A stretch of DNA of 64,000 bases, from NCBI GenBank assembly GCA_036351155.1, contig JAZBOO010000163.1:4827-68826 (forward strand). Direction: 5' to 3'. Below the pieces are notes generated by a model, which worked only from the letters and a program-made list of their open reading frames with translations, made no database searches and was not told where the DNA came from. The DNA is from Candidatus Krumholzibacteriia bacterium. GTDB taxonomy: Bacteria; Krumholzibacteriota; Krumholzibacteriia; LZORAL124-64-63. A program made the position numbers and the translations under genes. This document shows positions 38,402-48,474 of the stretch, piece after piece (position 1 is the first letter of the stretch; every line of letters begins with the position of its first letter).

Positions 38402-40471
38402 ATGAAGAGAATGGCACTGCGCACCGTCCTGCCCGCCCTGCTGGCCATCCTGCTGTTTTGCGGGGTGGTTTTCTTTTACCTGCTGCCGTCGGTGGACCGG
38501 GTGGTCATGGACCAGAAGCGGCTCATGATCCGCGAACTCACCGAATCGGCCTGGAACGTCCTGGCCCGCTTCCAGGCCGAGGAAATGGCTGGCCGGCTGG
38601 ATCGGCAGAGCGCCCAGGAGGCAGCCATTGCCCAGGTGCGCAACCTCCATTACGGACAGCAGAACAAGGACTACTTTTTCATCATCGATGAGCACCCCCG
38701 GATGGTGGTCCACCCCTACCGCCCCGACCTCGAGGGGCAGGATCTGTCGGCCTTCGGCGATCCCGACGGCAAGCTGCTGTTCGTGGAAATGGCGCGCGTG
38801 GTGGAGCGGAGTCAGGCCGGGTATGTCAGCTACCGGTGGCAGTGGAAGGATGATCCCGGCCGCATCGTACCGAAGCTGTCCTATGTGAAAGGATTCGCCC
38901 CCTGGGGCTGGATCCTCGGGACCGGGGTTTACACCGAGGATGTAGATGCCGAGATTGCCCAGCTGAAGGGCAATCTGGTGACCGCCACCTGGGTGATTCT
39001 GTTTCTGGTTGCGCTCTTGATGATTCTGCTGCTGCGGACAAGCTTCCAGGCCGAGCGCGGACGGCTCAAGGTGGCGGCGGCCCTGTCGGTGTCCGAGGAG
39101 AAGTACCGCACCCTGGTGGAATCTGCCGGAGAAGCCATCGTCATGTCCATCAGCGGGCAGGGGCTTTTCGCCAACGCCAGCATGCTGAAGCTGCTGGGGT
39201 ACACCCGGGAGGAATTTGCGCGGCTGGATGTGGCCCGGATCATCCTGCCCACCCCGGAGGAAAGGCGTCAGGAACGGCGCTTCTGGCAGGATGTCACCGA
39301 TGGCCTGCAGCCGCCGACCCGCTATGAGGCCGAATTGCAGCCCAAGGAGGGGCCGGTCCTCAGAATCCTGCTGACTCTGTCCCGGATCGTGGTGCAGGGG
39401 CGGGCGGGTTTCATGGCGGTGGCAGCCCGCCTGGCGCAGCCGCGCGAGCTGGAAATTGCCGCGGCAGCGAACCTGGATGACCTGGAAGCCGCCAGCCGGC
39501 GCACCCGCGACCTGGCCGCCCTGATGATGCGCCACGGGTCGGGCGGATTACAGGTCAGCGGCCTGCTTTCCGACAGTGCAGACGAGGTGGTCCAGCGGGC
39601 GGTGGGATTCATCACCGAGAAGCTGGGGCCGCCCCCGGTGCCCTTCGACATCATGCTCATGGGCAGCCTGGGACGACGGGAGGTGACCCTGTCGGCGGAC
39701 CAGGATCACGCGATTATCTACCAGGACACTCCCGAGGACCAGGCGGAACAGGTCCAGGCCTATTTCCTGGAAGTGGGAACCATGCTGGCCGACCTTTTTG
39801 CCGCGGCCGGGTATCCCTACTGCCGCGGAAAGATCATGTCCAGTGAACCGGCGTGCTGCCAGTCACTATCCCGCTGGTGCCGGACCTTTGCCCGGTGGAT
39901 CGACACCCTGGAGCCCGACGACCTCATGCATGCGAAGATATTCTTCGATTTTCGCAGCGCGTTGCAGGAGGGTCATCTGGTGGCGCAATTGCGTGCCGAT
40001 CTTTTCCAAAGCCTCACCCGCCAGCCCCGGTTCTATCCCATGCTGGCCCACAGTATCCTGCAGTACGAGCCGCCGCTCGGGCCATTCGGGGGGTTGGTCC
40101 TTCAGGAAACGGAAGAGGCCCGGGCCGGTTTCGACATCAAGGGGGTGCTGGCTCAGCTGGTAGATGTGGCGCGACTGCGCTGTCTCCAGCACGGAGTGGC
40201 CGCGGTGGGCACTCTGGAACGCATCGAAGCACTGGCCGCGGAAGGACACCTCAAGGAGAAGACAGCTGCGGAGATGACGACGGCCTTCACGGCTCTGATG
40301 AACCTGCGCTTGAACCATCAGGCTCGGCGCCGGGCGGGACAGCTGGCGGTGGACAACACCGTGATTCCCGAGGAACTCACCCCTGACGAGGTGCAAACGC
40401 TCAAGCAGGTTCTGGGACAAATCAAGGCCTTGAAGAACAACCTGCAGCATGAGTTCGGGCCGCGCTCATGA
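38402..40471 (+). CDS. Membrane sensor protein: periplasmic single-Cache domain, TM, PAS, then C-terminal DUF294 putative nucleotidyltransferase plus DUF294_C
   Basis: TM1 LPALLAILLFCGVVFFYLL, periplasmic ~150 aa with a Cache-like core (YVSYRWQWKDD...SYVKGFAPWGWILGTGVY), TM2, PAS (YRTLVESAGEAIVMS). NTase motif FDIMLMGSLGRREVTLSADQDHAIIY (G-S-x9-D-x-D). Alternative start 38375. Confidence 0.8.
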   Translation: MKRMALRTVLPALLAILLFCGVVFFYLLPSVDRVVMDQKRLMIRELTESAWNVLARFQAEEMAGRLDRQSAQEAAIAQVRNLHYGQQNKDYFFIIDEHPRMVVHPYRPDLEGQDLSAFGDPDGKLLFVEMARVVERSQAGYVSYRWQWKDDPGRIVPKLSYVKGFAPWGWILGTGVYTEDVDAEIAQLKGNLVTATWVILFLVALLMILLLRTSFQAERGRLKVAAALSVSEEKYRTLVESAGEAIVMSISGQGLFANASMLKLLGYTREEFARLDVARIILPTPEERRQERRFWQDVTDGLQPPTRYEAELQPKEGPVLRILLTLSRIVVQGRAGFMAVAARLAQPRELEIAAAANLDDLEAASRRTRDLAALMMRHGSGGLQVSGLLSDSADEVVQRAVGFITEKLGPPPVPFDIMLMGSLGRREVTLSADQDHAIIYQDTPEDQAEQVQAYFLEVGTMLADLFAAAGYPYCRGKIMSSEPACCQSLSRWCRTFARWIDTLEPDDLMHAKIFFDFRSALQEGHLVAQLRADLFQSLTRQPRFYPMLAHSILQYEPPLGPFGGLVLQETEEARAGFDIKGVLAQLVDVARLRCLQHGVAAVGTLERIEALAAEGHLKEKTAAEMTTAFTALMNLRLNHQARRRAGQLAVDNTVIPEELTPDEVQTLKQVLGQIKALKNNLQHEFGPRS

Positions 40472-41205
40472 AGGTCCCGGTTTCCATGCTCATCAGCGAT
40501 GTTCACACGCGTTACCAGGTGGTCAACACCCAGATCGCGCACGCTGAGCTTGAGCTGGGACACGCGCTGGAGCAGGTTTTCGTGCTGGGTGATTTCGGTT
40601 TCTTCCGGGAGCCCATGCATGACTTTTTCCGTCGGGGCCGGGGCCGGTTCACCCGGGCGGTGACCAGTATCGAGGGCAACCACGAGGATCACGGAGCGCT
40701 GCCGGGCCTGGTCCAGGACTACCAGGACGTGCTGGGTTACAGGGGGCGAGGATCGGTTCACCAGGTGAGTGGATGGGGGGCCATGTGCCTGGGTGGGGCC
40801 CGCTACATGGACGCGGCCGCCACGCCGCGCGGCTGTGAAGTCACGTCGGGGGATCTGGAGAAATGTCTGGCCGTGGACCCCGACCAGGTGGATCTGGTGT
40901 TGACCCACGACTGCCCCTGTGGCCTGGGTGTGCCCGGAGCGCCGGGTCTGGAGCATTATGGCCCACCGGGCGTGCCGGGGCTGGCTCGGCTGGCCGACCA
41001 TTTTCAGCCCCGGTACTGGTTCTTTGGTCACCATCACCGCTGGTTCGATCACCGGCAAGGGGCCACGCGTTACCTGGGCTTGCCCCAGAGCTGGCGCGGT
41101 TACCTCCTGCTGGACGGTCAGGGGCAGGTCACCCTGGTGGACCACGAGGTGAGCCTGCGTCCGGCCAGCCGCTGGGTGCGGTGGTTGCGGCCGGGCCAGT
41201 GGTGA
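40468..41205 (+). CDS. Calcineurin-like metallophosphoesterase
   Basis: ISDVH, GDFG, GNHED, FGHHH motifs. ATGA start/stop overlap with the upstream DUF294 gene. Confidence 0.85.
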   Translation: MKVPVSMLISDVHTRYQVVNTQIAHAELELGHALEQVFVLGDFGFFREPMHDFFRRGRGRFTRAVTSIEGNHEDHGALPGLVQDYQDVLGYRGRGSVHQVSGWGAMCLGGARYMDAAATPRGCEVTSGDLEKCLAVDPDQVDLVLTHDCPCGLGVPGAPGLEHYGPPGVPGLARLADHFQPRYWFFGHHHRWFDHRQGATRYLGLPQSWRGYLLLDGQGQVTLVDHEVSLRPASRWVRWLRPGQW

Positions 41206-41221
41206 TTGGTGGGGCCTCGGG

Positions 41222-42190
41222 TCACCGGGCGATGAAGGCCACCTTTTCCTGTTCTGCCGATCGGTAACAGGCATCCACCACCTGCATGGTGGCCACTCCA
41301 TCCCGGGCGGTCACCGGGCAGGGTTTTTCGGAAAGGACGGCGGCTTGCCAGTCGGCCAGAACCCGGGGCAGGGTGGGCACCCGCGCCGAGACATCAAAGC
41401 GCTCCTCATCGGCTCCCTGCCGCCACACGATGCCGCCGTTCAGGTAATCCGCCCACAGCTGTCCCTCTTCACCCACCGCTTCCAGCCAGCAGGCCCGGCT
41501 GCGGGTGTACTTGCTGACTTCCATGCTCACCCAGCAGCCGTCATCCAGGCTGGCCCGGGCCAGAAAGAAATCCTCCACCACGGGGTTCAAGATGCTTTGC
41601 TGTCGCGCAACGACTTCCCGGAATTCCCGGCCGGTCAGAAATCGCACCGTGTCGAAGATGTGAACGCCGGTCAAGAGGACCGAACCGGTGACCGTCTCGC
41701 CGGGGTTCTTTTGCCAGGCCAGCCGGGTGGGCTCCAGGCGCTGGGCCGCTCGGATGTGATGAACCTTGCCCAGCTTGGCCCATAGCTCGCGCACCCGGAC
41801 CAGGACGGGGTTCCAGCGCAGGGTCTGGGCCACCATCATCTGCCCGGCCTGGGGGTGGAGGGTCAGATCTTCAGCTTCCGCGAGAGTCCCGGTGAAGGGT
41901 TTCTCCAGGAGCAGGGGCTTGCCCGCGTTCAGCACCAGGGTGGCCAGTTCATGGTGAGAGGAGGGCGGAGTGCTGATGACGATCCCGTCCACCAATGGGT
42001 CCTGCACCAGTTCGGCGGCCGTGGCGTGGTAGCGCACGCCCAGCTCACGGGCCAGAGCCTGTCCCTTCTCGGGGCGGCGTCGCATCAGGGCGGTGGCCGT
42101 CATTCCGGGCACATCCTTCAGGGCGTGCCTCAGATAGCGGGTTCCATGGGTGCCGGCGCCCAGCACGCCGATCCGAAAGGTCATGCGCAT
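41222..42190 (-). CDS. Gfo/Idh/MocA family NAD(P)-dependent oxidoreductase
   Basis: ATG 42190 with GGAGG RBS. FRIGVLGAGTHG Rossmann motif, EKP motif. Confidence 0.85.
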   Translation of the reverse strand: MRMTFRIGVLGAGTHGTRYLRHALKDVPGMTATALMRRRPEKGQALARELGVRYHATAAELVQDPLVDGIVISTPPSSHHELATLVLNAGKPLLLEKPFTGTLAEAEDLTLHPQAGQMMVAQTLRWNPVLVRVRELWAKLGKVHHIRAAQRLEPTRLAWQKNPGETVTGSVLLTGVHIFDTVRFLTGREFREVVARQQSILNPVVEDFFLARASLDDGCWVSMEVSKYTRSRACWLEAVGEEGQLWADYLNGGIVWRQGADEERFDVSARVPTLPRVLADWQAAVLSEKPCPVTARDGVATMQVVDACYRSAEQEKVAFIAR

Positions 42191-42405
42191 TCCTCCGGAG
42201 ACAGGGTTGGTCAGAACCGCCACTTTAACATCCGGAAGCCTGAGGTTGAAAGTGTCAACCTCACGGCCTTGTTCCTCTCGGGAGTGTCCTCCGCGAGGTG
42301 CCGTGGGCGAGAAAAACTCCGCCCATTCCCTTTCATCTGCGGGTTCCGGGCTGGCATGGGTCAGGCTAGAGGAAGACCTCACCTTCCTCCCTGAATCGAG
42401 CGATC

Positions 42406-43056
42406 ATGCAAAACATGACAAGGTATCTGTTCGCCCTCTTCCTGATGTACGGTTTGTGGATGGGGCTGGCGTCCGTGGCCGGGGCCGCCGTCATTCTGAA
42501 CGAGGTTCTGGCCGACCCCATGCAGGACTGGGATGGGGACGGGGAGCTCAGCTTCAAGGGCGATGAGTGGATCGAGGTGCTGAACATCGGCCTCGTGGAC
42601 ATCGACCTGTCCAGTTACTACCTGCGCGATGTCTTCGGAACCGACCCCCACCTTCAGCTATCCGGAATGCTGGCGCCGGGCCAGACGGCCGTTTTCTACG
42701 GGTCGCAATCCATGGCCTGGCAGAGGGCCAACGGGTACTCGGATTACGGGTTTGCACTGAACAACAACGGCGAAACGGTGGAATTGTTGCGCGAGCTGGG
42801 GGAGCCGGGAGCCCTGGAGTTCGAGCTGGTCGATGCGGTGACCTTGCAGGCCCACGAAACTGAGGATGACCGCAGCAGTGGCTGGGCCATTGATGGCAGC
42901 GGGTGGACCTTGTTCGATGGACTCAACGAGTATGGGGGAACGCAGGAGCCCGGCCCCAGCGGGTGTGTGCCCACACCGGGAGAGCCCAATACCTGCGAGC
43001 CCGACCTGCCCGTGGCCCATGAATCGCTCGGGAGCCTCAAATCCCTCTATCGATGA
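42406..43056 (+). CDS. Small secreted lamin-tail-domain (LTD) protein
   Basis: Signal peptide. AVILNEVLADP...EWIEVLNIG...DLSSYYLRD...LAPGQTAVFYG...NNGETVELL matches the LTD consensus. C-terminus ...LGSLKSLYR. Confidence 0.75.
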   Translation: MQNMTRYLFALFLMYGLWMGLASVAGAAVILNEVLADPMQDWDGDGELSFKGDEWIEVLNIGLVDIDLSSYYLRDVFGTDPHLQLSGMLAPGQTAVFYGSQSMAWQRANGYSDYGFALNNNGETVELLRELGEPGALEFELVDAVTLQAHETEDDRSSGWAIDGSGWTLFDGLNEYGGTQEPGPSGCVPTPGEPNTCEPDLPVAHESLGSLKSLYR

Positions 43057-43103
43057 AATCGCCTCCTTCGGGGCACAACCGGAGCCCTCAGGCTCCGGTC
43101 GCG

Positions 43104-43142
43104 GGACGGGCCGGGAAAGGAGTCCCGGCCCGTCCTGTTTTT
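43104..43142 (+). terminator. Rho-independent terminator after the LTD gene
   Basis: Perfect 13-bp stem GGACGGGCCGGGA/TCCCGGCCCGTCC with a 6-nt loop, followed by TGTTTTT. Confidence 0.8.
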
Positions 43143-43306
43143 GTAACTGGCCCCGGGAAGGCCAAATACGGCGTTTGACAAGTTTCAGCCCGCCAAACAG
43201 GCATTAATCCTGTAATAATATCCGCACTATTGCTAATCTCGGAATGTGTTGATCATCGGGAGAGGGCCGTGGGCCCTTTTCGGCGTATGCCTATCCAGGA
43301 GTCGTT

Positions 43307-44446
43307 ATGCTGCTGAATGAAAATCAGAAAATGATCCGCCAGATGGCCAGGGATTTTGCCAGCTCCAGGCTGGCACCCATTGCCGCGGAAATCGACGAGT
43401 CGGCCATTTTTCCCGAGGCCACCGTCAAGGAGATGGGTGGGCTGGGCTTTCTGGGCCTGACCGTGCCGGAGCAGTACGGGGGAGTGGGCGCCGATATCAC
43501 CAGTTACGCCCTCGTGGTCGAGGAGATCAGCCGGGCCTGTGGAAGCCATGGCCTGACCGTGGCGGCCCACAACAGCCTGGGTTGCTGGCCCATCGCCGCT
43601 CTGGGCACCGAGGAACAGAAACAGAAGTTCCTGCCGCCCGCGGCCGCCGGCCAGTCCTTGCTGTCCTTCGGGTTGACCGAGGCCGAGGCCGGCAGCGATG
43701 CCGGCGGGACCCGCACCACCGCCGTCCTGGATGGGGACCACTGGGTGCTGAACGGCAGCAAGATGTGGATCACCAACAGCCACTACGCCGGGGCCCTGAT
43801 CATCACGGCCAAGACCGACCTGGCGGCCGAGGGCAGCCGTGGCATCAGCGCCTTCATCGTGCCCACCGACACGCCGGGATTCACGGTGGAAAAAAAGGAA
43901 GACAAGCTGGGCATGCGCGCCAGTGACACCGCCCCCTTGACCCTCGACAATGTGCGCGTGCCGGCCGAGTACCTGCTGGGTGAGCTGGGCGAGGGTTTCA
44001 AGTACTTCATGATGACCCTGGACGGCGGCCGCATCTCCATCGCCGCGGTGGCCCTGGGTCTGGCCGTGGGAGCCTATACCACCGCCCGTGATTACGCCAA
44101 GGAACGCCATCAATTCGGGCGTCCCATCGCCTCGTTCCAGGCCATCGAGTTCATGCTGGCCGACATGGCCACTCAGATCGAGGCCTCCCGCCAGCTGACC
44201 TACGAGGCCTGCCGCCTCAAGGATGCCGGCGAAGAGTACAGCCAGATGGCGGCCATGGCCAAGTTGCACGCCAGCGAAACGGCCATGTTCGTGACCGACC
44301 GGGCCATCCAGGTGCTGGGTGGATACGGCTACACCCGGGAGTATCCGGTCGAGCGCATGTACCGCGACGCCAAGCTGTGTACCATTGGGGAAGGGACCAG
44401 CGAAATTCAGCGCATGGTCATTGGCCGCCACGAATTGAAAGACTGA
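43307..44446 (+). CDS. Acyl-CoA dehydrogenase (short/butyryl-chain type)
   Basis: N-terminal [18 protein letters not shown]..., GSDAGG, TNS..., C-terminal [21 protein letters not shown]. Confidence 0.9.
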   Translation: MLLNENQKMIRQMARDFASSRLAPIAAEIDESAIFPEATVKEMGGLGFLGLTVPEQYGGVGADITSYALVVEEISRACGSHGLTVAAHNSLGCWPIAALGTEEQKQKFLPPAAAGQSLLSFGLTEAEAGSDAGGTRTTAVLDGDHWVLNGSKMWITNSHYAGALIITAKTDLAAEGSRGISAFIVPTDTPGFTVEKKEDKLGMRASDTAPLTLDNVRVPAEYLLGELGEGFKYFMMTLDGGRISIAAVALGLAVGAYTTARDYAKERHQFGRPIASFQAIEFMLADMATQIEASRQLTYEACRLKDAGEEYSQMAAMAKLHASETAMFVTDRAIQVLGGYGYTREYPVERMYRDAKLCTIGEGTSEIQRMVIGRHELKD

Positions 44447-44485
44447 TTGAAACCACCGATCATCGTCCGCAGAAAGGAACACATC

Positions 44486-45673
44486 GTGAGCAGGAAATCC
44501 GTCATTTGCGAAGCCGTCCGGACTCCCATCGGCACTTTCCAGGGAGGACTGGCCAAGGTCCGCGCCCCCGAGCTGGGCGCCAGGTGTGTGGCCGCCGTGA
44601 TCGCCCGCAGCGGCCTCGATGTCGCGAAGGTTGATGAGGTCATCATGGGCAATGTGTGCCAGGCTGGATTGCAACAGAATCCCGCCCGTCAGGCCGCCAT
44701 CTTCGGGGGAATTCCCAGCAGCTGCAGCGCCATGACCATCAACAAGGTGTGTGGATCCGGCTTGAAGGCCGTGGCCCTGGCCGACCAGGCCATCCGCGCC
44801 GGCGACAAGGAGTGCATCATTGCCGGGGGCTTCGAGAACATGAGCCAGATTCCTTACGCCCTGCTGAAGGCCCGCGACGGTCTGCGTCTCGGGGATAGCC
44901 AGGTGACCGACCTGCTGGTGCACGATGGCCTGACCGACATCTACAACAATTTCCACATGGGCATGACCGCCGAGTGGGTGGTGGACAATCACAATGTGAG
45001 CCGCGAAGACCAGGATGCCTACGCGGCCCGCAGCCATCAGCGCGCCTGTGCGGCCTGGGACGCCGGAAAATTCGATGCCGAGGTGATTCCCGTGGAAGTG
45101 CCTCAGCGCAAGGGCGATCCGGTGGTCGTGGCCCGCGATGAAGGCCCTCGCCCAGGCACCACCGCCGAGGGTCTGGCCAAGCTTCGCCCGGCTTTCAAGC
45201 GTGATGGGGGAACGGTGACCGCGGGCAACTCCTCGAGTATCAACGACGGCGCCGCGGCCCTGCTGATCTGCAGCGAAGAGTTTGCCCGGGCCAACGGCCT
45301 GAAAATCAGGGCCACCATCGAGGCGGCCGCCACCGGTGCCGTGGAGCCTCATGAGGTCATGATGGCCCCGGTCACCAGCATCAAGAACCTGCTGGCCAAG
45401 ACGGGCAAGTCCGTCAGCGACTACGGCCTGTTCGAATTGAACGAGGCTTTTGCCGCCCAGAGCGTGGGCGTGGTCCGGGCCCTGGAGCTGGACGAGGACA
45501 AGGTGAACGTCAACGGCGGCGGAGTCAGCCTGGGGCATCCCATCGGTTGCTCGGGAGCGCGCATCCTGGTCACGCTGTTGCACGCCATGGAAGATCGCGG
45601 CGTATCCGAGGGCATTGCCAGCTTGTGCCTGGGCGGCGGCGACGCCGTCAGCATGGCCATCTCACGTCCCTAG
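44486..45673 (+). CDS. Acetyl-CoA C-acetyltransferase (thiolase II)
   Basis: GTG 44486 after [30 protein letters not shown] (active Cys), [17 protein letters not shown]. Confidence 0.9.
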   Translation: MSRKSVICEAVRTPIGTFQGGLAKVRAPELGARCVAAVIARSGLDVAKVDEVIMGNVCQAGLQQNPARQAAIFGGIPSSCSAMTINKVCGSGLKAVALADQAIRAGDKECIIAGGFENMSQIPYALLKARDGLRLGDSQVTDLLVHDGLTDIYNNFHMGMTAEWVVDNHNVSREDQDAYAARSHQRACAAWDAGKFDAEVIPVEVPQRKGDPVVVARDEGPRPGTTAEGLAKLRPAFKRDGGTVTAGNSSSINDGAAALLICSEEFARANGLKIRATIEAAATGAVEPHEVMMAPVTSIKNLLAKTGKSVSDYGLFELNEAFAAQSVGVVRALELDEDKVNVNGGGVSLGHPIGCSGARILVTLLHAMEDRGVSEGIASLCLGGGDAVSMAISRP

Positions 45674-45696
45674 TCTCCGGCTGGAAAGGAAGAAAC

Positions 45697-46539
45697 ATGA
45701 AAGTCTCAGTGATCGGCGGAGGAACCATGGGCAACGGCATTGCCCAGGTCTTTGCCCAGTTCGGCAACGATGTCCACTTGATCGACGTGCAGCAGGAGTA
45801 CCTGGATCGGGCCATGGCGACCATCGAGAAGAATCTCGGGCGCATGGTCAGCAAGGAAAAAATCACCGCCGACGAGGCCAAGGCCACCCTGGGGCGGCTG
45901 ACCCCGGCCACCGAGCTGAAGGCCGCGGCCGACAGCGATCTGGTGGTGGAGGCGGTGTTCGAGAACTTCGCGGTGAAGAAGGAAATCTTCACCCAGCTGG
46001 ATGCGCTGTGCGGACCCGAGACCATCCTGGCCAGCAACACCAGCAGCATCAGCCTGACCAAGATTGCCGGGACCACCGGCCGGGCTGATAAGGTCATCGG
46101 GATGCACTTCATGAATCCCGTGCCCATCATGAAGCTGGTCGAGGTCATCTGCGGCCAGGCCACCAGCCAGGAGACCCTGGACAAGGTGACCCGGTGGTCC
46201 ACGGACCTGGGCAAGGTGCCCGTCACGGTGCAGGACTACCCCGGCTTCATCAGCAACCGGGTGCTCATGCCCATGATCAACGAAGCGGTGTACTGCCTCA
46301 TGGAAGGTGTGGCCGACAAGGAGGCCATCGACACCGTCATGAAGCTGGGCATGGCCCATCCCATGGGGCCGCTGACCCTGGCTGATTTCATCGGGCTGGA
46401 CATCTGCCTGGACATCATGGAAGTGCTGTACGAGGGCTTCGGCGACAGCAAGTACCGTCCTTGCCCGTTGCTGCGCCGCATGGTCGACGCCGGCTTCCTG
46501 GGGCGCAAGAGCGGCAAGGGTTTTTACGACTACGCCTAA
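45697..46539 (+). CDS. hbd: 3-hydroxybutyryl-CoA dehydrogenase
   Basis: [41 protein letters not shown]. Confidence 0.9.
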   Translation: MKVSVIGGGTMGNGIAQVFAQFGNDVHLIDVQQEYLDRAMATIEKNLGRMVSKEKITADEAKATLGRLTPATELKAAADSDLVVEAVFENFAVKKEIFTQLDALCGPETILASNTSSISLTKIAGTTGRADKVIGMHFMNPVPIMKLVEVICGQATSQETLDKVTRWSTDLGKVPVTVQDYPGFISNRVLMPMINEAVYCLMEGVADKEAIDTVMKLGMAHPMGPLTLADFIGLDICLDIMEVLYEGFGDSKYRPCPLLRRMVDAGFLGRKSGKGFYDYA

Positions 46540-46557
46540 CCTGATCGATGCAAGGAG

Positions 46558-47706
46558 ATGAACGTGCAGTTTGAATTTTCCGAACAACAGCGGATGATCA
46601 AGGAGGCGGCCGCCGGCTTTGCTGCCCGTGAAGTGGCCCCCATCGCGGCTCAGATCGACCAGGAAGAGCGCTTCCCGGCCGACGTGGTCAAGAAGATGGG
46701 GGAGCTGGGCTTCATGGGCATGAACGTGTCCGAGCAGTACGGCGGCGCCGGTCTGGACATGGTCTGTTATGCGGTGGCTCTGGAGGAGATCTGCAAGGCC
46801 TGCGCCTCCACCGGGGTGATCATGTCGGTGAACAACAGCCTGGTGTGCTGGCCCCTGGAGACCTACGGGAACGAGGAGCAGAAACAGAAGTGGCTGACCC
46901 CTCTGGCCCGCGGCGAAAAACTGGGGGCCTACTGCCTGAGTGAACCCGGCGCAGGAACCGACGCCGCGGCCCAGACCACCACGGCCAGGCTGGACGGCGA
47001 CCACTGGGTGATCAACGGAATGAAGAACTTCATCACCAATGGGGCCAACGCCGACATCCTGATCGTCTTTGCTCACACCAATCCGGAGCTGAAGCACAAG
47101 GGGATTCGCGCCTTCATCGTCGAGACAACAGCCGAGGGGTTCTCGGTGATCCGCAAGGAAGACAAGATGGGCATCCGGGCCTCGGACACCGCCCAGCTGG
47201 CCTTCGACAACGTGCGGGTGCCGACCGATCAGGTGCTGGGCGAAGAGGGCTCGGGGTTCAAGATTGCCATGAGCACCCTGGACGGGGGGCGCATCGGCAT
47301 CGCGGCCCAGGCTCTGGGAATTTCCGGGGCGGCCTACGAGGCGGCTCTGGCCTACAGCAAGCAGCGCGAGCAGTTCGGCAAGCCCATCTCGGCCTTCCAG
47401 GCCATCCAGTGGAAGATCGCCGACATGGCCACCCGGCTGCATGCGGCCCGTCTGCTGACCTACCGGGCGGCCTGGACGAAGGATCAGGGCTCTCGGTTCA
47501 GTGAAGAGGCGGCCATGGCCAAGCTTTTTGCCAGCGAAACCAGCCATTTCATCACCAACGAGGCGGTGCAGATCTTTGGCGGGAATGGATACAGCAAGGA
47601 ATATCCGGTGGAACGCCATTTCCGCGATGCAAAGATCACCGAGATCTACGAAGGTACCAGCGAGGCGCAGCGCATGGTAATCAGCAGCATGGAGCTGAAG
47701 AAGTGA
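46558..47706 (+). CDS. Acyl-CoA dehydrogenase
   Basis: AAGGAG RBS. Canonical ACAD N- and C-termini (FRDAKITEIYEGTSEAQRMVI). Confidence 0.9.
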   Translation: MNVQFEFSEQQRMIKEAAAGFAAREVAPIAAQIDQEERFPADVVKKMGELGFMGMNVSEQYGGAGLDMVCYAVALEEICKACASTGVIMSVNNSLVCWPLETYGNEEQKQKWLTPLARGEKLGAYCLSEPGAGTDAAAQTTTARLDGDHWVINGMKNFITNGANADILIVFAHTNPELKHKGIRAFIVETTAEGFSVIRKEDKMGIRASDTAQLAFDNVRVPTDQVLGEEGSGFKIAMSTLDGGRIGIAAQALGISGAAYEAALAYSKQREQFGKPISAFQAIQWKIADMATRLHAARLLTYRAAWTKDQGSRFSEEAAMAKLFASETSHFITNEAVQIFGGNGYSKEYPVERHFRDAKITEIYEGTSEAQRMVISSMELKK

Positions 47707-48066
47707 AATGCCCTGAGCCAAATGATCGGTTGACGTCCGGGGCTTTTTGTACGAGATTGTCCATTATCAATCCCTGTGTTTACCCATCCCGTGGACAAAA
47801 CCAGGACAGGTTGACCGTCGTTATCGAACGACGGATTTGGCTTGCCCCGGATTGAACGGGAACGGAGAACGCCCTGCGGGGTCGGGATTGCCCAATGTAT
47901 GGTCCACCGCTGGATGACCAGCTGGTAGGTCATAAAGATTCCCTCGACAGTCGGGGGATGAGGATCGGCACCGCCGGTCCAGTTCAAAGCCCAAGGATTC
48001 TGCCGGAAGAAGCCGGCGAAGGAGAGGGCTTAGGTTAGCCGGACATCCGGCACTTGGAGTGAAGAA

Positions 48067-48378
48067 GTGAAGAAATTGTATGTGGGCAACCTGCCCTTCA
48101 GCGCCACCGAAGATGAGATCACCGAACTGTTCGGTCAGCATGGCACGGTGCATTCTGTCGCCCTGATCAACGACCGTGAGACCGGCCGCCCCCGTGGCTT
48201 CGGTTTCGTGGAAATCGATGACGAAGCTCTCCAGCCTGCGATCCAGGCCCTGGACGGCTACGAGATGGGTGGCCGCGCCCTGCGTGTCAACGAAGCCCAG
48301 GACCGCCCCCGTGGCGGCGGCGGCGGCGGTGGCGGCGGTGGCCGTGGTGGCTACGGTGGGGGCAACCGGGGTTGGTAA
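48067..48378 (+). CDS. Glycine-rich RNA-binding protein (single RRM with RGG/Gly tail)
   Basis: RNP2 LYVGNL, RNP1 RGFGFVE, tail GGGGGGGGGRGGYGGGNRGW. Confidence 0.85.
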   Translation: MKKLYVGNLPFSATEDEITELFGQHGTVHSVALINDRETGRPRGFGFVEIDDEALQPAIQALDGYEMGGRALRVNEAQDRPRGGGGGGGGGGRGGYGGGNRGW

Positions 48379-48416
48379 AACCCCAGGTGACCACAACGCA
48401 TAAGTAAAATGCCTGG

Positions 48417-48453
48417 ACCCCGCTTCTTTCGGGAAGTGGGGTCTTGTTTTTTT
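48417..48453 (+). terminator. Rho-independent terminator after the RRM gene
   Basis: 10-bp stem with one G-U pair (ACCCCGCTTC/GAAGTGGGGT) followed by CTTGTTTTTTT. Confidence 0.7.
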
Positions 48454-48474
48454 CCCAGCAGAGAGGATTGAGTT

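Noticed and set aside
42406-43056. Possibility that ...ESLGSLKSLYR is an encapsulin cargo-loading peptide (GSLK-type)
   Set aside because: The protein has a Sec signal peptide (exported, not cytoplasmic). No encapsulin shell gene is nearby. The second KSLYR protein lacks the GSLK core.
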